From: Monocercomonoides exilis PA203
Lineage: Eukaryota; Protista; Preaxostyla
Assembly (NCBI GenBank): GCA_001643675.2
Contig: LSRY02000039.1
Coordinates: 961,344-1,025,343, forward strand
Direction of reading: 5' to 3'
DNA length: 64,000 nt
Part shown: piece by piece, positions 27,750 to 40,142 of the stretch
Position numbering within the stretch: position 1 is the first letter of the stretch
How the letters are laid out: each line of letters opens with the position of its first letter
The notes under the pieces: model-generated
What the model was told of the DNA's origin: nothing
The model's input: the letters and a program-made list of their open reading frames with translations, nothing else
The model's database searches: none
Position numbers and translations under genes: made by a program

Positions 27750-29084
27750 GAAACTTTCACAGCTGGAACAATTCACCGAAGCAGAACAGAAACGAGCAGT
27801 CGTCGAAATGAATGAAATAATGGAAGAGATGCGTAGAGAAGATATTGAATCCGTTTTCACGAAAGAACTGTTTGACAAAATCGATGAAATGATCGAAGAG
27901 GAGAAACTTTCAATGGGAAATTCATTGTTGTTGCTGAAGCATGTTGGATATAGCAAAGTACTGAAAAATATATGTGATCGATGCTTTGAACATTCAACAT
28001 TGAGCAAAAGATTGGAAAAAATAATTAAAGATGAAAATGAGAAAAAAGATGAAAAGAATGAAAGGCTTTTGACTGATCTCTGTGAGTGTTACCTTTTGTT
28101 ACATAACGAATTTGAGTTCCCTCCAAAAACCACAACAAAATTTTGTGTTCCCTACCTTTTGAAAGTGGCATCAAACAAGGATGAAAGCGAAAAAAAACAA
28201 AAAGAAGTGGAAATGTCTTTATTTGCATTAAGTTGCATCGAAGGATATTGTGTTTGAGGATTTCAATTTTCTTTTGACATTTTTCAGTTTTTTTCTGATT
28301 TTTTGCATAGGAAGTGCCAAAAGAATTGTATCAAAATGTAATCAGTGAGATTTTTCAATATCATCAAGAGCATCATAATTTGACACGAGTTGCCTATCAA
28401 TCAGCATGGGAGTTTTTGGTATGCAGATTACTCAACGGTGAACTCATCAAAGGAGTTATTGTGAATGAGCTACATTTTGGAAGAGAGGCAACAAGAGAAT
28501 TGGAAGAACTATCAAAATTTGTGGATTGGAAGATGAAAGAAGAAGAAAATGAAAAGAGAAGAAAAAAGACAAAAGAAGAGCTTGATTTGATGAGATGGCT
28601 TGAAGCATTGAAGCAATATTTATTCAAATGCAAATTGTGGAATGAAGAATTTATTGGGCTTTTAAGCAACATTGTTCAGGTATATCGAACAGCGGATGAT
28701 AAATTCAGAGAAATTTGCTGTTGGTGCATATTTCCCTTGAGAGAAGCAGCAGGAAATAGAGTTGTTAAAGTTGAAGACTTGCTGAATGGCGGCGCTATTG
28801 ATGCTGTTTTGGAGGAGATCCGTCGACAAACATTGAATAAAAACATTGAATATTTTTGCTTGAACTTCTTTTTGAGTGTTTCGGTGAGATTAAATAAAAA
28901 GGTGGATAGTGAAGCAGACAAACCAGAAAGAATAATTACAAAAAGGAAGGTCCTTGAAAAGCTGGAAGAAGAAGGATTCGAAGATACCTTCACAAGTTTT
29001 CATGCAATTATTGATTTTCTCAACGAAAAATATTATTTTGATAAATTATCGTTGAACTTTTCGGATTATTCCGTAAATGTTTGA
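27750..29084 (+). CDS. Expanded host family protein (intron 28252-28310)
   Basis: ORFs 27709-28257 and 28314-29084 join in phase 0. 5' end uncertain. Confidence 0.8.
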
Positions 29085-29190
29085 GGAAATGAGATGTTAT
29101 TTAATCTGAAAATCTAAAATTTTATTTATTTTTCTTTCAGCTTCATATCACAATTCGACAAGCCTAAAGTTAGTTTTACAGCTTTGTTTT

Positions 29191-31160
29191 TTAGATTTTG
29201 TGAAATGATAAAAATAAACATTCATTTGAACCTAATTTCAAAAGCCATTTTTTAAAATTTTGAAATGGAGCAAAAAATAAAAAAGAAAAAGAAAAAGAAG
29301 AAGTAGTTGAAAATGAAAATGAAGTTACAAATAACAGTTGATGAAGATTGTGATTTATCTTTTTCTTCCTTTCTGTTCTTTCTTCTTCTTCTTCTTCTTT
29401 CTCTTCTTCAAATAATAAAAAAATAAAAAAATCACCAAAAGCGAATTCCCCTGTTTGGGGCAGTTCCATTTTTTTAAGAGATAATTCCGCAACTTGGTTT
29501 GAAAATAGACACGTCAAATCAAAATGATATGAAACATGTCAAACTGACAGAAGAAGAAGAAGAAGAAAGGTGGAAGAGAAAGAGAAGGAAAAGAAGAGCA
29601 AAAAAAAATTCAATTCATTGAATATGTTGGGTGATGGGGGTATTTCATTGAATTCTTCTTCTTTGTCATCATCCATATCAAATTTACCTTCGTTCATTTC
29701 AATTTCTTCTTCTTCTCCTCCTCCTCCTTCTTCTCCTCCTCCTCGTTCTTCACATCTGTCAGCAGATTTGACTGACTGCAGCAGCATCTTCATTCTGTTT
29801 GTAACAGTTTTCTCCACTCAGATTCTGTTCAGCATCTACGAAGTGTCATCCAACGATATCCCAGCGACTAGACTGTGTTTATTGAAGGAAAGGTGGAAGA
29901 TTCCTTTAAAGGCAAATGCTTCCAGAAGCTCAGTGAAACAAGCACGATGAATGTGAATGTCTTCGCAAGTTTCTGCAAGTTGCTGAGTCTGAATTGATAA
30001 GGATCTGCCAGACGAATCCGTTTTTGAGTGAATTATATTTTTAAAATTCGCAAAATTAACCAATAAATTTTCTGAGAAAAGAATACAAAGAAGAAGAAAA
30101 ATATGAAGTTCAAAATGAGGTAATACCTTTTTATAAGAAAACTCGTCTTCTCGCCTCTCTGATTGAAGAAGCCAATCTTTTACCATTTCTTCCATGTAGT
30201 TTTTTTTATTAACTGAAGTCAAAAGAATAGTGATGAAACACTTAAAGTGAAATAAAAAAAGAGATAGAATAGAAAAGATAAAATTAGAAATTATCATTGC
30301 GAAAAAAAATTAGAATCAATGATTACCATCAAAACAACCCAAAATGATGAATTTTCCGAAAAAAATGTAACAAGTGTCTTCATAGAAAAATACATATCAA
30401 GCGGTAACACCACTGAACGATCAAAATGCTGAAATGAATTCTTAATCCCGCATGTACTCAGTTCCGCATGTTGAAATAATCTTCCTTCGTCTTCTCCATT
30501 TTTTTTCATCTTCTCTCCGCTTCAAAGCCTTTTGGAATGAAATCTCTTTCATTGCATGTTTTATTATGATGTCCAATATTGTCATGAAACTTTCCCAAAT
30601 GAATCCAATTGCCACACTCCCGAACATCAAAAATTCGCGGAATAACTAAATTATGATCCGCTCCATCAATCTTCCTTCAGCCTGTTAACCCGCTCAATGG
30701 AGGAACTTATTATAAAAGTATCTATATCGCTTATGATTTCAACGAACACGTGAAATCGAAACATCCCAGGAAACCAGCAAACACTTCAAAATGATAGAAA
30801 TAATCATTTCGTTGAAGCAAAGATTCCAGAAAACTCTTAATGCGAATTGCAAAATTGAAATGCAATTGTCTCAATTAAGATTTGAAGTGAAGTTGGAATG
30901 CGTATTATAAACTGCCAGATTGCTGCTTTTTTGTCTCTTCTTTGAAAAGTTCTTCAAAACGATTCGTTTCATTCTTCAAACATCTCAAAATATTTAAATG
31001 GAAATTATTTTTTAAACAATTAATGCCATATTTGTGGAATAATTTCCAATAAGTTCAAGATTTCAATCGAAAGTCCGTCCATTTCAATGAAATAAATTAT
31101 TGTTGGCTTGATCAGATAGAAAATAAACTCTTTCGTATTTGATTTAATATAGCCTGTACC
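29191..31160 (-). CDS. Multi-exon hypothetical gene
   Basis: Successive minus-strand ORF pieces 29539-29817, 29836-30297, 30294-30630. Confidence 0.35.
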
Positions 31161-31441
31161 ATTGGTTTCTTTGTGATTTCTTTTTTTACACAAATTTTTA
31201 TTAAGCAAAGGAATTGAGTTTGACAATTATATTTTAATTTTGTCAATTATCAACAATGTTTGTTTTTTTGTTTTTCATTTGAAATTTTGCTGCAAATTGA
31301 TCTTTGCTAAAAATAGATAGAATGGAAATGTGTGATGAAGACAAATCCAATGATGACACTCAGGAGCCATCTCTTGCAGACAAGTTTTCAAGTTTGTAAG
31401 CAATAATTGTGTATTTTCAAAGATCTCATGTTTTATGATTT

Positions 31442-32786
31442 TTGATGCTCGGGGAAGAATTGCTTGATCAGTTGGAGCATTGCAATGAAGAAGAGCAGAA
31501 ACAGAAAATTGAAGAATTAAATGGAATTATTGATGAGATGAATAAAGAAGAATTTGAATCTATTTTAAAAACAGAGCTGTTCAACAAAATGGACAAAATG
31601 ATTGAAGAAAAGAAACTTTCGATGGAAAATGCATGCTTATTGCTGAAGCATATTGGATATTGGAAAACTATGAAAAACGTGAATGCTGATGGCTTTAATC
31701 GTTCATTGCTTTACGAAAGATTTGAGGAGATGATCATTAAAGAAGAAGAGAAAAAAGAAGAAAAGAATGAAAAGCTTTTGATCGATCTCTGCGAATGCTA
31801 CGCTTTGCTTTTCGAAGGATTTTTTTCAAACTTGTTTCAAATTTGCGTGCCTTTTCTTCTTAAAGTTGCATTGAAGAAAGAGGAAAACGAGGAGACTCAA
31901 AAAGAAGTGGAAATTGCTTTGTTTGCAATAAGTTGCATCAGCCAATATATTGCATGAGCATTTCCATTTCCATTTTGATGTTATTGATTTTTCTTCATTT
32001 ATTGGCAAACAGGAAATCAAAAAAGATTTGTTTTTGAATGATGCGAAAGAAATAATTCAATATCATCAAGAGCATAATAATTTGACACGAGTTGCCTATC
32101 ATTCTGCTTGGCAATTTTTTATTTACCATTTTTGGTATGGCAAAAGCTTGGAGGGAGAAATTGTGAATAGTCAGCGTTTTATAAGAGAAGCAGCAAAAGA
32201 AATGAAAGAGCTGACAAGAAATGTGAATTGGAAGAAGAAAGAAGAGGAAATGAGCAAAGATGAAGCGAATGAAGTGCTGGTAATTAGGAGATGGATCAAA
32301 ACACTTGAGAATTATTTTCTCTATTATCAATTTCCGAATGAAAAATGTGTTGGCCTTTTCAGCAGAATTGTTCAGATATATGGAGCAGCGAAGGATAATT
32401 ACAGAGAAATAAGAAGAGAATACATTTATGTATTTGAAGAAGCATCAGGAAACAGGACTATGAAAATTGATGACTTGTTGAAAGGAGGAGCAGTTGATGC
32501 TGTTTTGGAGGAGATTCAACAATCAACGTTGAATAAAGAGAAATTATATGATTGCTTGGACTTCTTTTCGAATGTTTCATATCGATTGAAAGAAAAGAAA
32601 GGAGAGGAGGATGATGAATTTGAAGACGCTAAAAGAAAGATAACGAAAATGGAGATATATGAAAAATTGGAAGAAGAAGGATACGAAGATTACATAAAAT
32701 GCTTTTTTGAATCTTTAAAACATTTTCAACGTTATTATTATTGTAATTTATCGTTGAATGCTTGTGATTATTTTGTATTCGTTTAA
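31442..32786 (+). CDS. Expanded host family protein (GC-AG intron 31952-32012)
   Basis: ORFs 31442-31957 and 31950-32786 join in phase 0 at the conserved intron position. Confidence 0.8.
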
Positions 32787-32837
32787 ATCAAAAGCGCTTT
32801 TTCTATTTCTGATTTTTCGGAAATTGTATTTGAAAAG

Positions 32838-33075
32838 TCAGGAAAAAAAAAAAAGAAAACAGAAGAAGAAGAAGTGGAGGAGGATGAAGAGGAGGAAGAA
32901 GAGAAGAAGAGAAGTAGAGAAGAAGAAGAAGAAGAAGAAGAAGAAGAAGAAGAAGAAGAAGAAGAAGAAGAAGAAGAAGAAGAAGAAGAAGAAGAAGAAA
33001 GAAGAAGAAAGAAGAAGAAAGAAGAAAAAGAAAGGAAGCAAAAGAAGAAGAAGAAGAAGAAGAAGAGAGGAAGAA
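32838..33075 (+). repeat. (GAA)n microsatellite / purine tract
   Basis: Long GAA run. Confidence 0.9.
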
Positions 33076-35823
33076 TTTGATGACAATCCGAAAAGAGTCT
33101 TTTTCATCGGTACGGGCAATGCCAATTCATTCTTCATCTATCTCCTTCAACAACTTCTTCAACAACAACAACAACAATTACACCTTCTCTTTCACCTTCT
33201 TCATCCTCCTCCTCTCCATAAAATTGTCAATTTATTTCTTCTTCTCCTTCTCCTTCTCCTACTCCTACTCCTTCTTCTTCTTCTTCTCTTTCATCATCAT
33301 CATCATCTTCATCTTCATCCTCATCCTCATCATCATCATCATCATCTTCTTCTTCTTCTTCTTCTTGCTCTTTCAAAGCACTTTTCCTTCTTCTTCTTCT
33401 TCGGCAACTTTTTTGACTGCCTTATATATAGCCATCGCAAAGTACAAATGAAGAAGATGCTGATACAGAACAAAAATGAACATTTTGAGAAGATTTTAAA
33501 GAGGACAAATGCATAATCACTCCAGAATAGAGAAGCTGGAAAAGGAAAATATGGCTTCACTTCGTTTCAGATGGAAAGCGACAAAGAAGGCGATTCATTG
33601 AATGGAATGCGTTGAACCTTTTTCTTCTCGTTGACAAACTTCCTCTTCATGTTCTTCACTCAAACTTCTCCTCAATTTCTCCTTTTGATTCAAAGTCTTT
33701 CATGATTTATCCTTCTCTGCATTCGCCTGTTCTTGTTTGAATTTGCTTGGTGCGTCATTTGATAGCTATGGATGAGAAAAGAAAGCTATTAGCTCTAAAG
33801 TGGTTGCAATAACTTTGAAATTGGTGGAATAGAATCTTAATATACAGCCGAGCAAGAGGAAGATGAGGAAGAGGAAAAAATAAGAGGAAAAAAAAGAAGA
33901 ATAGGAAAATAGAGAATTCTGTAAAGATAAGAGGACAAAGAATAAGTTGAATGCATGTTTGCAGATTGAAGCTGCTGAATTTGATAAGCGTTGCAATTTG
34001 AATCCGTTTTATGCAAATCAGTGATAATTATGACGGCACAAGGCGAAAGGGTTGGAGATGATCAGCTATGAATATTCAGAGCTTAAAGAGAAAGAATTAA
34101 AGAATGAAGCATCAGCGTCAAATACAGTCACAGCGATAAACTTATAATTCTCAGTTTATGAAGCGCTACTATTCTGTTGAAGCTCAAATGAGTTTAGAGA
34201 TTCATTTCTTCTTCTTCTTTTTTTTTTTTTTTGAGTTCATTGAATCATCGCCTTCTTCTTCAATAAGCTCATAAAAGATTTATTTAGAGTTTGATTCCTT
34301 CTTTCTTATCAGTTTTTTATTACAGTGAAAATTCCGCAACTCAGTTGATTACAGACGCATCAAGTGGAAGTGATATGATCCATACAAAATTGTTGGAAGA
34401 AGCACATGCAAATGCACTAAATGTGAAGAAGAAGGGGAATGAAGGAGAAGATAAAGAGAAAAGAAAGGCAAAAAAGTGGAAGAAGAAGTTTTCATTTGAA
34501 AATTGAATCAAAGTTGGCAGTTCAATGAGAATTTAACAACCACTTTTCAATTGGGCTGCTTTGTGATTCAAAGAAAATCAAATTATTAAAGGAAGAAATA
34601 TTGGGAAACCTCATTTTCATATTTTCAAACTTCTACGAGCCTATCCTTCATGAAATTTTGCTTTGAAGAACAATTAACGAAATATTTTAAAAATTCTGTT
34701 TCAATTTAAAGAAAATGTGATGAAAAAATTTGAAAAGAAATTCTATTTTGAAAACAACCTTTTAGAAACGCAAAACGAAGTTTAATTTCTTGTTTGAACA
34801 ATAATTTGTTGATTTGCTATTCTATTTATTTATGGTTTTTTGATCTGAATTCAAATTTGATGTGAAGGGGTTATGGGGCATAATATTTTTGTTATTTTTA
34901 ATGTTAATGTTTTTTATACACCAAAATGAATGGAATTAATAAATATGCATTTTAAAAATTATTCATTTACTCGTCATGCGAAAGATAAAGATATTCTTTA
35001 AAATCAATTTGAGTGTTTCTTTTAAATGGATTAAAAATTTTGATATTGTTTTTTTTCCTCAATCAATTTTTCAAAACTAATCTAGCTTAAAGAAAACGTT
35101 GACAAATTGCAAATTAATGATTTTTTGTTGTTCAATTAAATATTATTGGGAAATTTCACATTTTCAAGTTTAAAACAGTTTTATTCATTTATTAATCAAG
35201 TTCATCAGAAAATTTTTGAAATAATTGTTTGTATTTTTGTTCGTCATTCTGTGCATGGAATTGTTTTATCAAAAAAATCTGACTTTTTGATATTAAAGAA
35301 TATAAGATAATATGCTTATTGAATATCTATTTAACATTCAACACAGATCTATCGAATTCTATTTGATGTGTTTTCTTCTTGTATCTATCTGAAAAACAAT
35401 TTTCTTATATCTTTTCGAAAAACTTTCTCCAATACTCTCTCTTCTTTTTTCTTTATTTCTTTTCTGGAACAGGAATTTTCAAATATCTTTCGAGTTAATA
35501 ATACAAAGTGTTCTTTTTCAATTTTCATCTCTTTAACTTGCTTAACATAAAAGCACTTTCCAACAGCTCTGATGTGAAAAGATCTTTTTGTTTCATTAAA
35601 CTTTCACAAATTTCCATTTCTTAATTAGTATCAAGGATTTTTTTCACTTGAAAATATTTATCATATTTATTCTTTCTCTTTCAAACGTTTCTTTTATCGA
35701 TTTTCACTGACAATCGGAAAATTTCTTTTTTCCCCCTCTGTCTGTGCTAATTCTGTGGAAAAGTTTATTGTTTATTCAATTTATTAAATATTTCCTTTAT
35801 TAATTTTTTGAATAAAAGGAATA

Positions 35824-36670
35824 CACCAAAAATTATTCAAGATCGAAAAACTTTAATTCAACATCGAAAATTATTATTCAAAATCGAAAAAGTTTAATTC
35901 AAGATCGAAATTAATTATTCGAAATCGGAAAACTTTAATTCGAAATCGAAAAAGTTTAATTCGAAATCGAAAATATTTAATTCAACATCGGAAAAGTTTA
36001 ATTCAAAATCGAAAAAGAAGTTAATTAGTTCAGAATTTCTATTAAAGTCAAAACCATGAAAGTTTTATAGAAACAAATGTTAATAGAAGCAAATGTTTAA
36101 TTATTGGAAATGTTTTTCTTTCGTTTTTAACAACTGTTTTCTATGATATAGACTGATATCAATCGATTCTTTTCTCATTTTGAATATTGAAAATGTTTTA
36201 TTCTATCAGTTTCCAATGCAATAAATGAAATTCAAAACATTTCGTATTCAATGAATGAGATGAATTTCTGTCTTTTTGTGCACAAAACAAGATCATGAAC
36301 CATTCTATCACTTTTATTTTTTGCAAAAATTGCTTATTATATTCTGAGCACATGTGAAGAGTTAAGAAATAGTAAATTTTTTCTTATTCACTCTATTGAA
36401 CACAATCAAACACCACAAAAAATATAAAAAATATTTTTCTAATTGAAATTGACAAATTTCTCAGATCAATTACTGAAAGAAAAGAAACTGACATGAGAAT
36501 GAATTTTGAAAATTATTAAAAATTTTTTTTATAATAAAGAATTTTCGATGTTGAATTAAATATTTCCGATTTCGAATAATTAATTTCGATCTTGAATTAA
36601 ACTTTTTCGATTTTGAATAATAATTTTCGATCTTGAATTAAACTTTTTCGATGTTGAATAATTTTTGGTG
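35824..36670. mobile_element. Foldback/MITE of the same family, copy B
   Basis: CACCAAAAATTATTCAA...TTGAATAATTTTTGGTG, with inverted ~21-bp repeat arrays at 35824-36015 and 36541-36670. Confidence 0.85.
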
Positions 36671-36858
36671 TGAAAAATGAAAAAATAATAAAAACTGTTG
36701 TTTAAAAATAATAATTAACAAAAAACAAAATTTTCAACTCTTTTGCAATAATTAAAATCATGTATCATAAGAACTCATTTCACAAATTTTGATTCAAAAC
36801 TTTATTCTTTATATGTCAAAACTTTATATCATAATTTTGTGACAGAGGTCAAGTGAAC

Positions 36859-37122
36859 ATGTCTGAAATTAACTTATCTTGGACTGAGAATGAATATTTA
36901 AAGGCATCTAACACCCTAAGATTTGTAACCTTGCAGATACAGAGACTAACTGACATCATAAACAGCAGCAAAGAAATAGACGCCGTGCCGGATGCAGCCT
37001 GGGAAGAATTGGATAACCTAACAATAAGAAGAAATGCCTTATTAGTCTATATTAACAAACTTTTGAACGACCGTTTTGAATTTTTAACATGTCACGAACA
37101 AGAAATAAAACAAGAATCCTAA
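36859..37122 (+). CDS. Solo copy of viral ORF3 outside the array
   Basis: 36835-37146 matches the viral sequence base for base (compare lines 36841-37140 with 45721-46020). Confidence 0.8.
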   Translation: MSEINLSWTENEYLKASNTLRFVTLQIQRLTDIINSSKEIDAVPDAAWEELDNLTIRRNALLVYINKLLNDRFEFLTCHEQEIKQES

Positions 37123-37281
37123 TTTGACATTATTTATTTATTTTTTTATAAAATATTGAAATGATGAAAAATATGCATAATCGAGGTTAAGAACAGGGAG
37201 AGCATCTCTGCCCATCCAGGTTTCCATTCCAATTCTTCCACTCACCCACATTAGAACTGAAATGAATTGAGCGGGTCAATT

Positions 37282-37341
37282 CGAATTGATTAAGTCAAAA
37301 CGTTTTTTGTTTATTTAAACGGTTTTGACTCAATCAATTCG
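37282..37341. repeat. ~24-bp hairpin
   Basis: CGAATTGATTAAGTCAAAACGTTT / AAACGGTTTTGACTCAATCAATTCG. Confidence 0.75.
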
Positions 37342-37479
37342 GTTTAATATTAATTTTTGATCGCTGTTTTTCTATTTTTTTTATGGAAACATTTTGATCT
37401 GATTTTTTTGCATGTTTCACAAAACTTAATGTTTAGACAAATGAGCGAAAAAACGCAATGGTCTATGTTTATTTATTAA

Positions 37480-37517
<38 letters not shown>

Positions 37518-37903
37518 ATTACGTGTGGTCTTTTTTCGATCATGCAATATAATTTTGATCCTAAATTTTTTGCATAAAATGTGTTTCAAGTCTTATCTTG
37601 AAACGATCTGCATTGCCAGTGAGACTCGGACCATCAGGAGTTTAATCACAAGAATGAAGTCATTGTTTATTTCGCGTATCGATTTCCTTTTCTCTGTTTT
37701 TTTTATAATTTTTTATTTCTTTGACTCCACATTGAAAAAATCGATGATCAGCTTTATTTAATTGAATATTTTTAAAAAATCTTTCCTCAATTTAAAAAGT
37801 ATAACATTTTTAATATAAATAAGCTACTGTTAAATATTTTAGAAAAGTGAATTGACATTATTGGAAAATTTGTTTTAAATATTATATATAAATAACTTTT
37901 GGC

Positions 37904-38400
37904 TTAGAAGTGATTGAAAAGGAATTGAAATTGTGTTGTTTTTTGTGATCCTGCTTTTTCTGTAATATTTATTGATGTTCTGCATGAAGTTGAAGATGAG
38001 GAAGTCGTTTGTGCATAATGAATATTTAATGAGTCTGAATCATTTAAACTTTCATTTTGAGATAGAGGAATTGATGAAGATAATTGATCAAAACTGGAAA
38101 ATGAAGGGACTCGAGAAGAAGATGAAAAGGAAGATGAAGATGATGAAGATGGTGAAGAAAACGCAGGAAAAGGTTGAGAAGATGTTTGAGTGAACAAATT
38201 GGTTGACTTCCATTGATTCGGAAGAAACCAAGCCTGAGAATTGTCAGATATCATACCTTGTTCATCAGAGATGCATCTTTCTCGCTCAAGCCTTTTAATT
38301 CTTTTATTATTTTTTTGATCTTGAATTGTTACAATTTCTATCTCTCTTCGCTGCTTTGCTTTTTCAGCCAATAATGTTTTGTGATCACTATCTGAAACAT
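37904..38400 (-). CDS. Ser-rich hypothetical ORF next to the transposase (possible accessory ORF)
   Basis: ORF 37904-38485; basic helical start followed by a Ser-rich tail. Confidence 0.3.
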
Positions 38401-38459
38401 ATAAAAAAATTAAAAATATATCCATTTTTTTTTGAAAGGTTCCTTCAGTTTTATTTTCG

Positions 38460-38619
38460 AATAAAACAAAATTTTCATATTTCAATCAATTTTCTATTCC
38501 CACTCACGAAACTTTTTTTGAATAAAAATAATAACATTGTTCAGATTTTATTATCATGACAGCGAAATTTGGTGAGTGGGAATAGAAAATTGATTGAAAT
38601 ATGAAATTTTTGTTTTATT
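38460..38619. repeat. ~50-bp inverted repeat (foldback/MITE-like)
   Basis: ATAAAACAAAATTTTCATATTTCAATCAATTTTCTATTCCCACTCAC at 38461-38507 and its reverse complement at ~38572-38618. Confidence 0.85.
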
Positions 38620-39740
38620 TGTAAATTAAACAAAGGGAACTTTTCAAAAAAATTTAGACATCTCTCGTTTGTTATTATTCTGGCTTCTATATTTCTTACG
38701 TGACTCGCATATAGTTCTTCCAAAAACGATGAATTTGCTTCATCATCATTCTTTTTGAGTGGATTTTGTGGTTTAAGAAAATTGGTGAAGCAGCATGCAA
38801 CTTAAAAATAGTCTGCAACCATCACTGCATCAAATAACCAAGGTTTTCTGAAGGTGGTGAAGAGTGTTTTGATTCTTCCGAAAAATCTTTCCACGATAAC
38901 GCGATGTGTGGCCATTTCTGGGGTTTCCATGGGCTTTGTGATGATGGCTTCCAGCTCTGGTTCTGCTCCAATGAAAGCAATATCAGCTAAAATCTTAGCT
39001 CCTCCAAGCTTTTGAACAAATGTGGGGTAATGTTCTTTGAAAATAGTAAAATCGTGAGTTGACCCAGAGTAGATAGAACTGATTGTACTTGCTGTCCCCA
39101 CCTTGGGGTTCACTCCTACCTCCGCCTTGACACAATAGATGTGACGCTTTCCTGAATAAAACTTTTTTCCATTATCCAGCTTTCCTCCCGGTCTGTTTGT
39201 TGGAATGACTGTACAATCAACAACAATTCCCACCTCCTTCATTCCTTCAAGACGATCAGGACGAAAAGATAGAAAAAGTTCTGTCAGTTGATGTTTGATA
39301 GATGTTGCTTCTGAGTGCAACAAACGAACAACCGCACTTTGTGTTTCATATTTGGATTTCACAAACAACAATGTCAACCTGAGTGAGCCATAATGAAGAA
39401 AATTTTTTAGCAAGAAAAGTTGCTACCACAAAGTATCAATTGCTTTGACCTTTCCAAAATGAGGGAAAGCATTATCAGAAAGAAGCCGGGAAAGAAGATC
39501 AAATTCTGAACGACTAAATCCAATCAATCTGAAAAACCCAGTTGACTTATCCAAAGATTTCGAACATGTTATTTCGATAATTGTTGTGATTTTTTCTTCT
39601 TTTGTTGCATGAATATGTGTCGGAATGACATTCCTTTTTTCCACACATTTCAGAACATCCATAAAAGTGTTTTGAGACATCAATTCACTCTTTTCAAAAC
39701 TTCTTAAACAATGCAACCCTTCATTTATATTTATCAAATG
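38620..39740 (-). pseudogene. PIF/Harbinger-ISL2EU-like (DDE_Tnp_4 type) transposase with two in-frame stops
   Basis: Motifs VDCTVIPTNRP, FYSGKRH, GSTHD, ILADIAF, HRVIVERFFGRIK and VACCFTNF. ORFs 39423-39761, 38802-39413 and 38541-38723 share one frame and are separated only by TAG (39423-25) and TAA (38802-04). Confidence 0.85.
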
Positions 39741-39995
39741 GGTGATTATTTTTGAAATCAAACTTTTTTTCTGTGTAGTTAATATTTTGAAAATTTATTA
39801 TCATTTGCTGAATAATTGTCATTTGAACATAAAATGTTTATCATTCGTTTCAGAAGCCAAAGTTTGACTTGAAAATTTTTGAAGCTGCATCATTAAAAAA
39901 ATCTATCACTTTTCAGGGTACATTTATGAATATCTTTTCAAATTTTCAAACTGAAATTTTTGACAAAAATAATATGATTTTGAAAATAATCACCC
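39740..39995. mobile_element. 256-bp MITE (GGGTGATTATTT TIR, AAAT TSD)
   Basis: GGGTGATTATTTTTGAAATCA / TGATTTTGAAAATAATCACCC, with AAAT on both sides. Confidence 0.7.
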
Positions 39996-40142
39996 AAATG
40001 ATCAAAAATGCACCCATGATTTGATATAAAAGTTTTGACTTTGTAAAAACCGTTTTTTATTTATTATATTTGTTTTATGTTCGTTTAAATGGTATTGAAT
40101 TTATCTAACACTTAATGACCAAATAAAATAGTTTTTGTTCTA

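Larger units (their letters stand above)
36815..40039 (-). mobile_element. Putative DNA transposon bounded by 17/18-bp inverted repeats
   Basis: GTCAAAACTTTATATCA (36815-36831) versus TGATATAAAAGTTTTGAC (40022-40039), enclosing the transposase and the solo ORF3. No clear TSD. Confidence 0.4.

Noticed and set aside
32758-33516. Poly-K/E/F/L ORFs (also 7725-8390, 8967-9205, 25238-25515)
   Set aside because: Stop-free frames produced by GAA/TTC microsatellites or antisense shadows.
35824-36015. ~21-bp periodic repeats resembling a CRISPR array
   Set aside because: No unique spacers, mirrored at 36541-36670 as an inverted arm, eukaryotic context, no cas genes.
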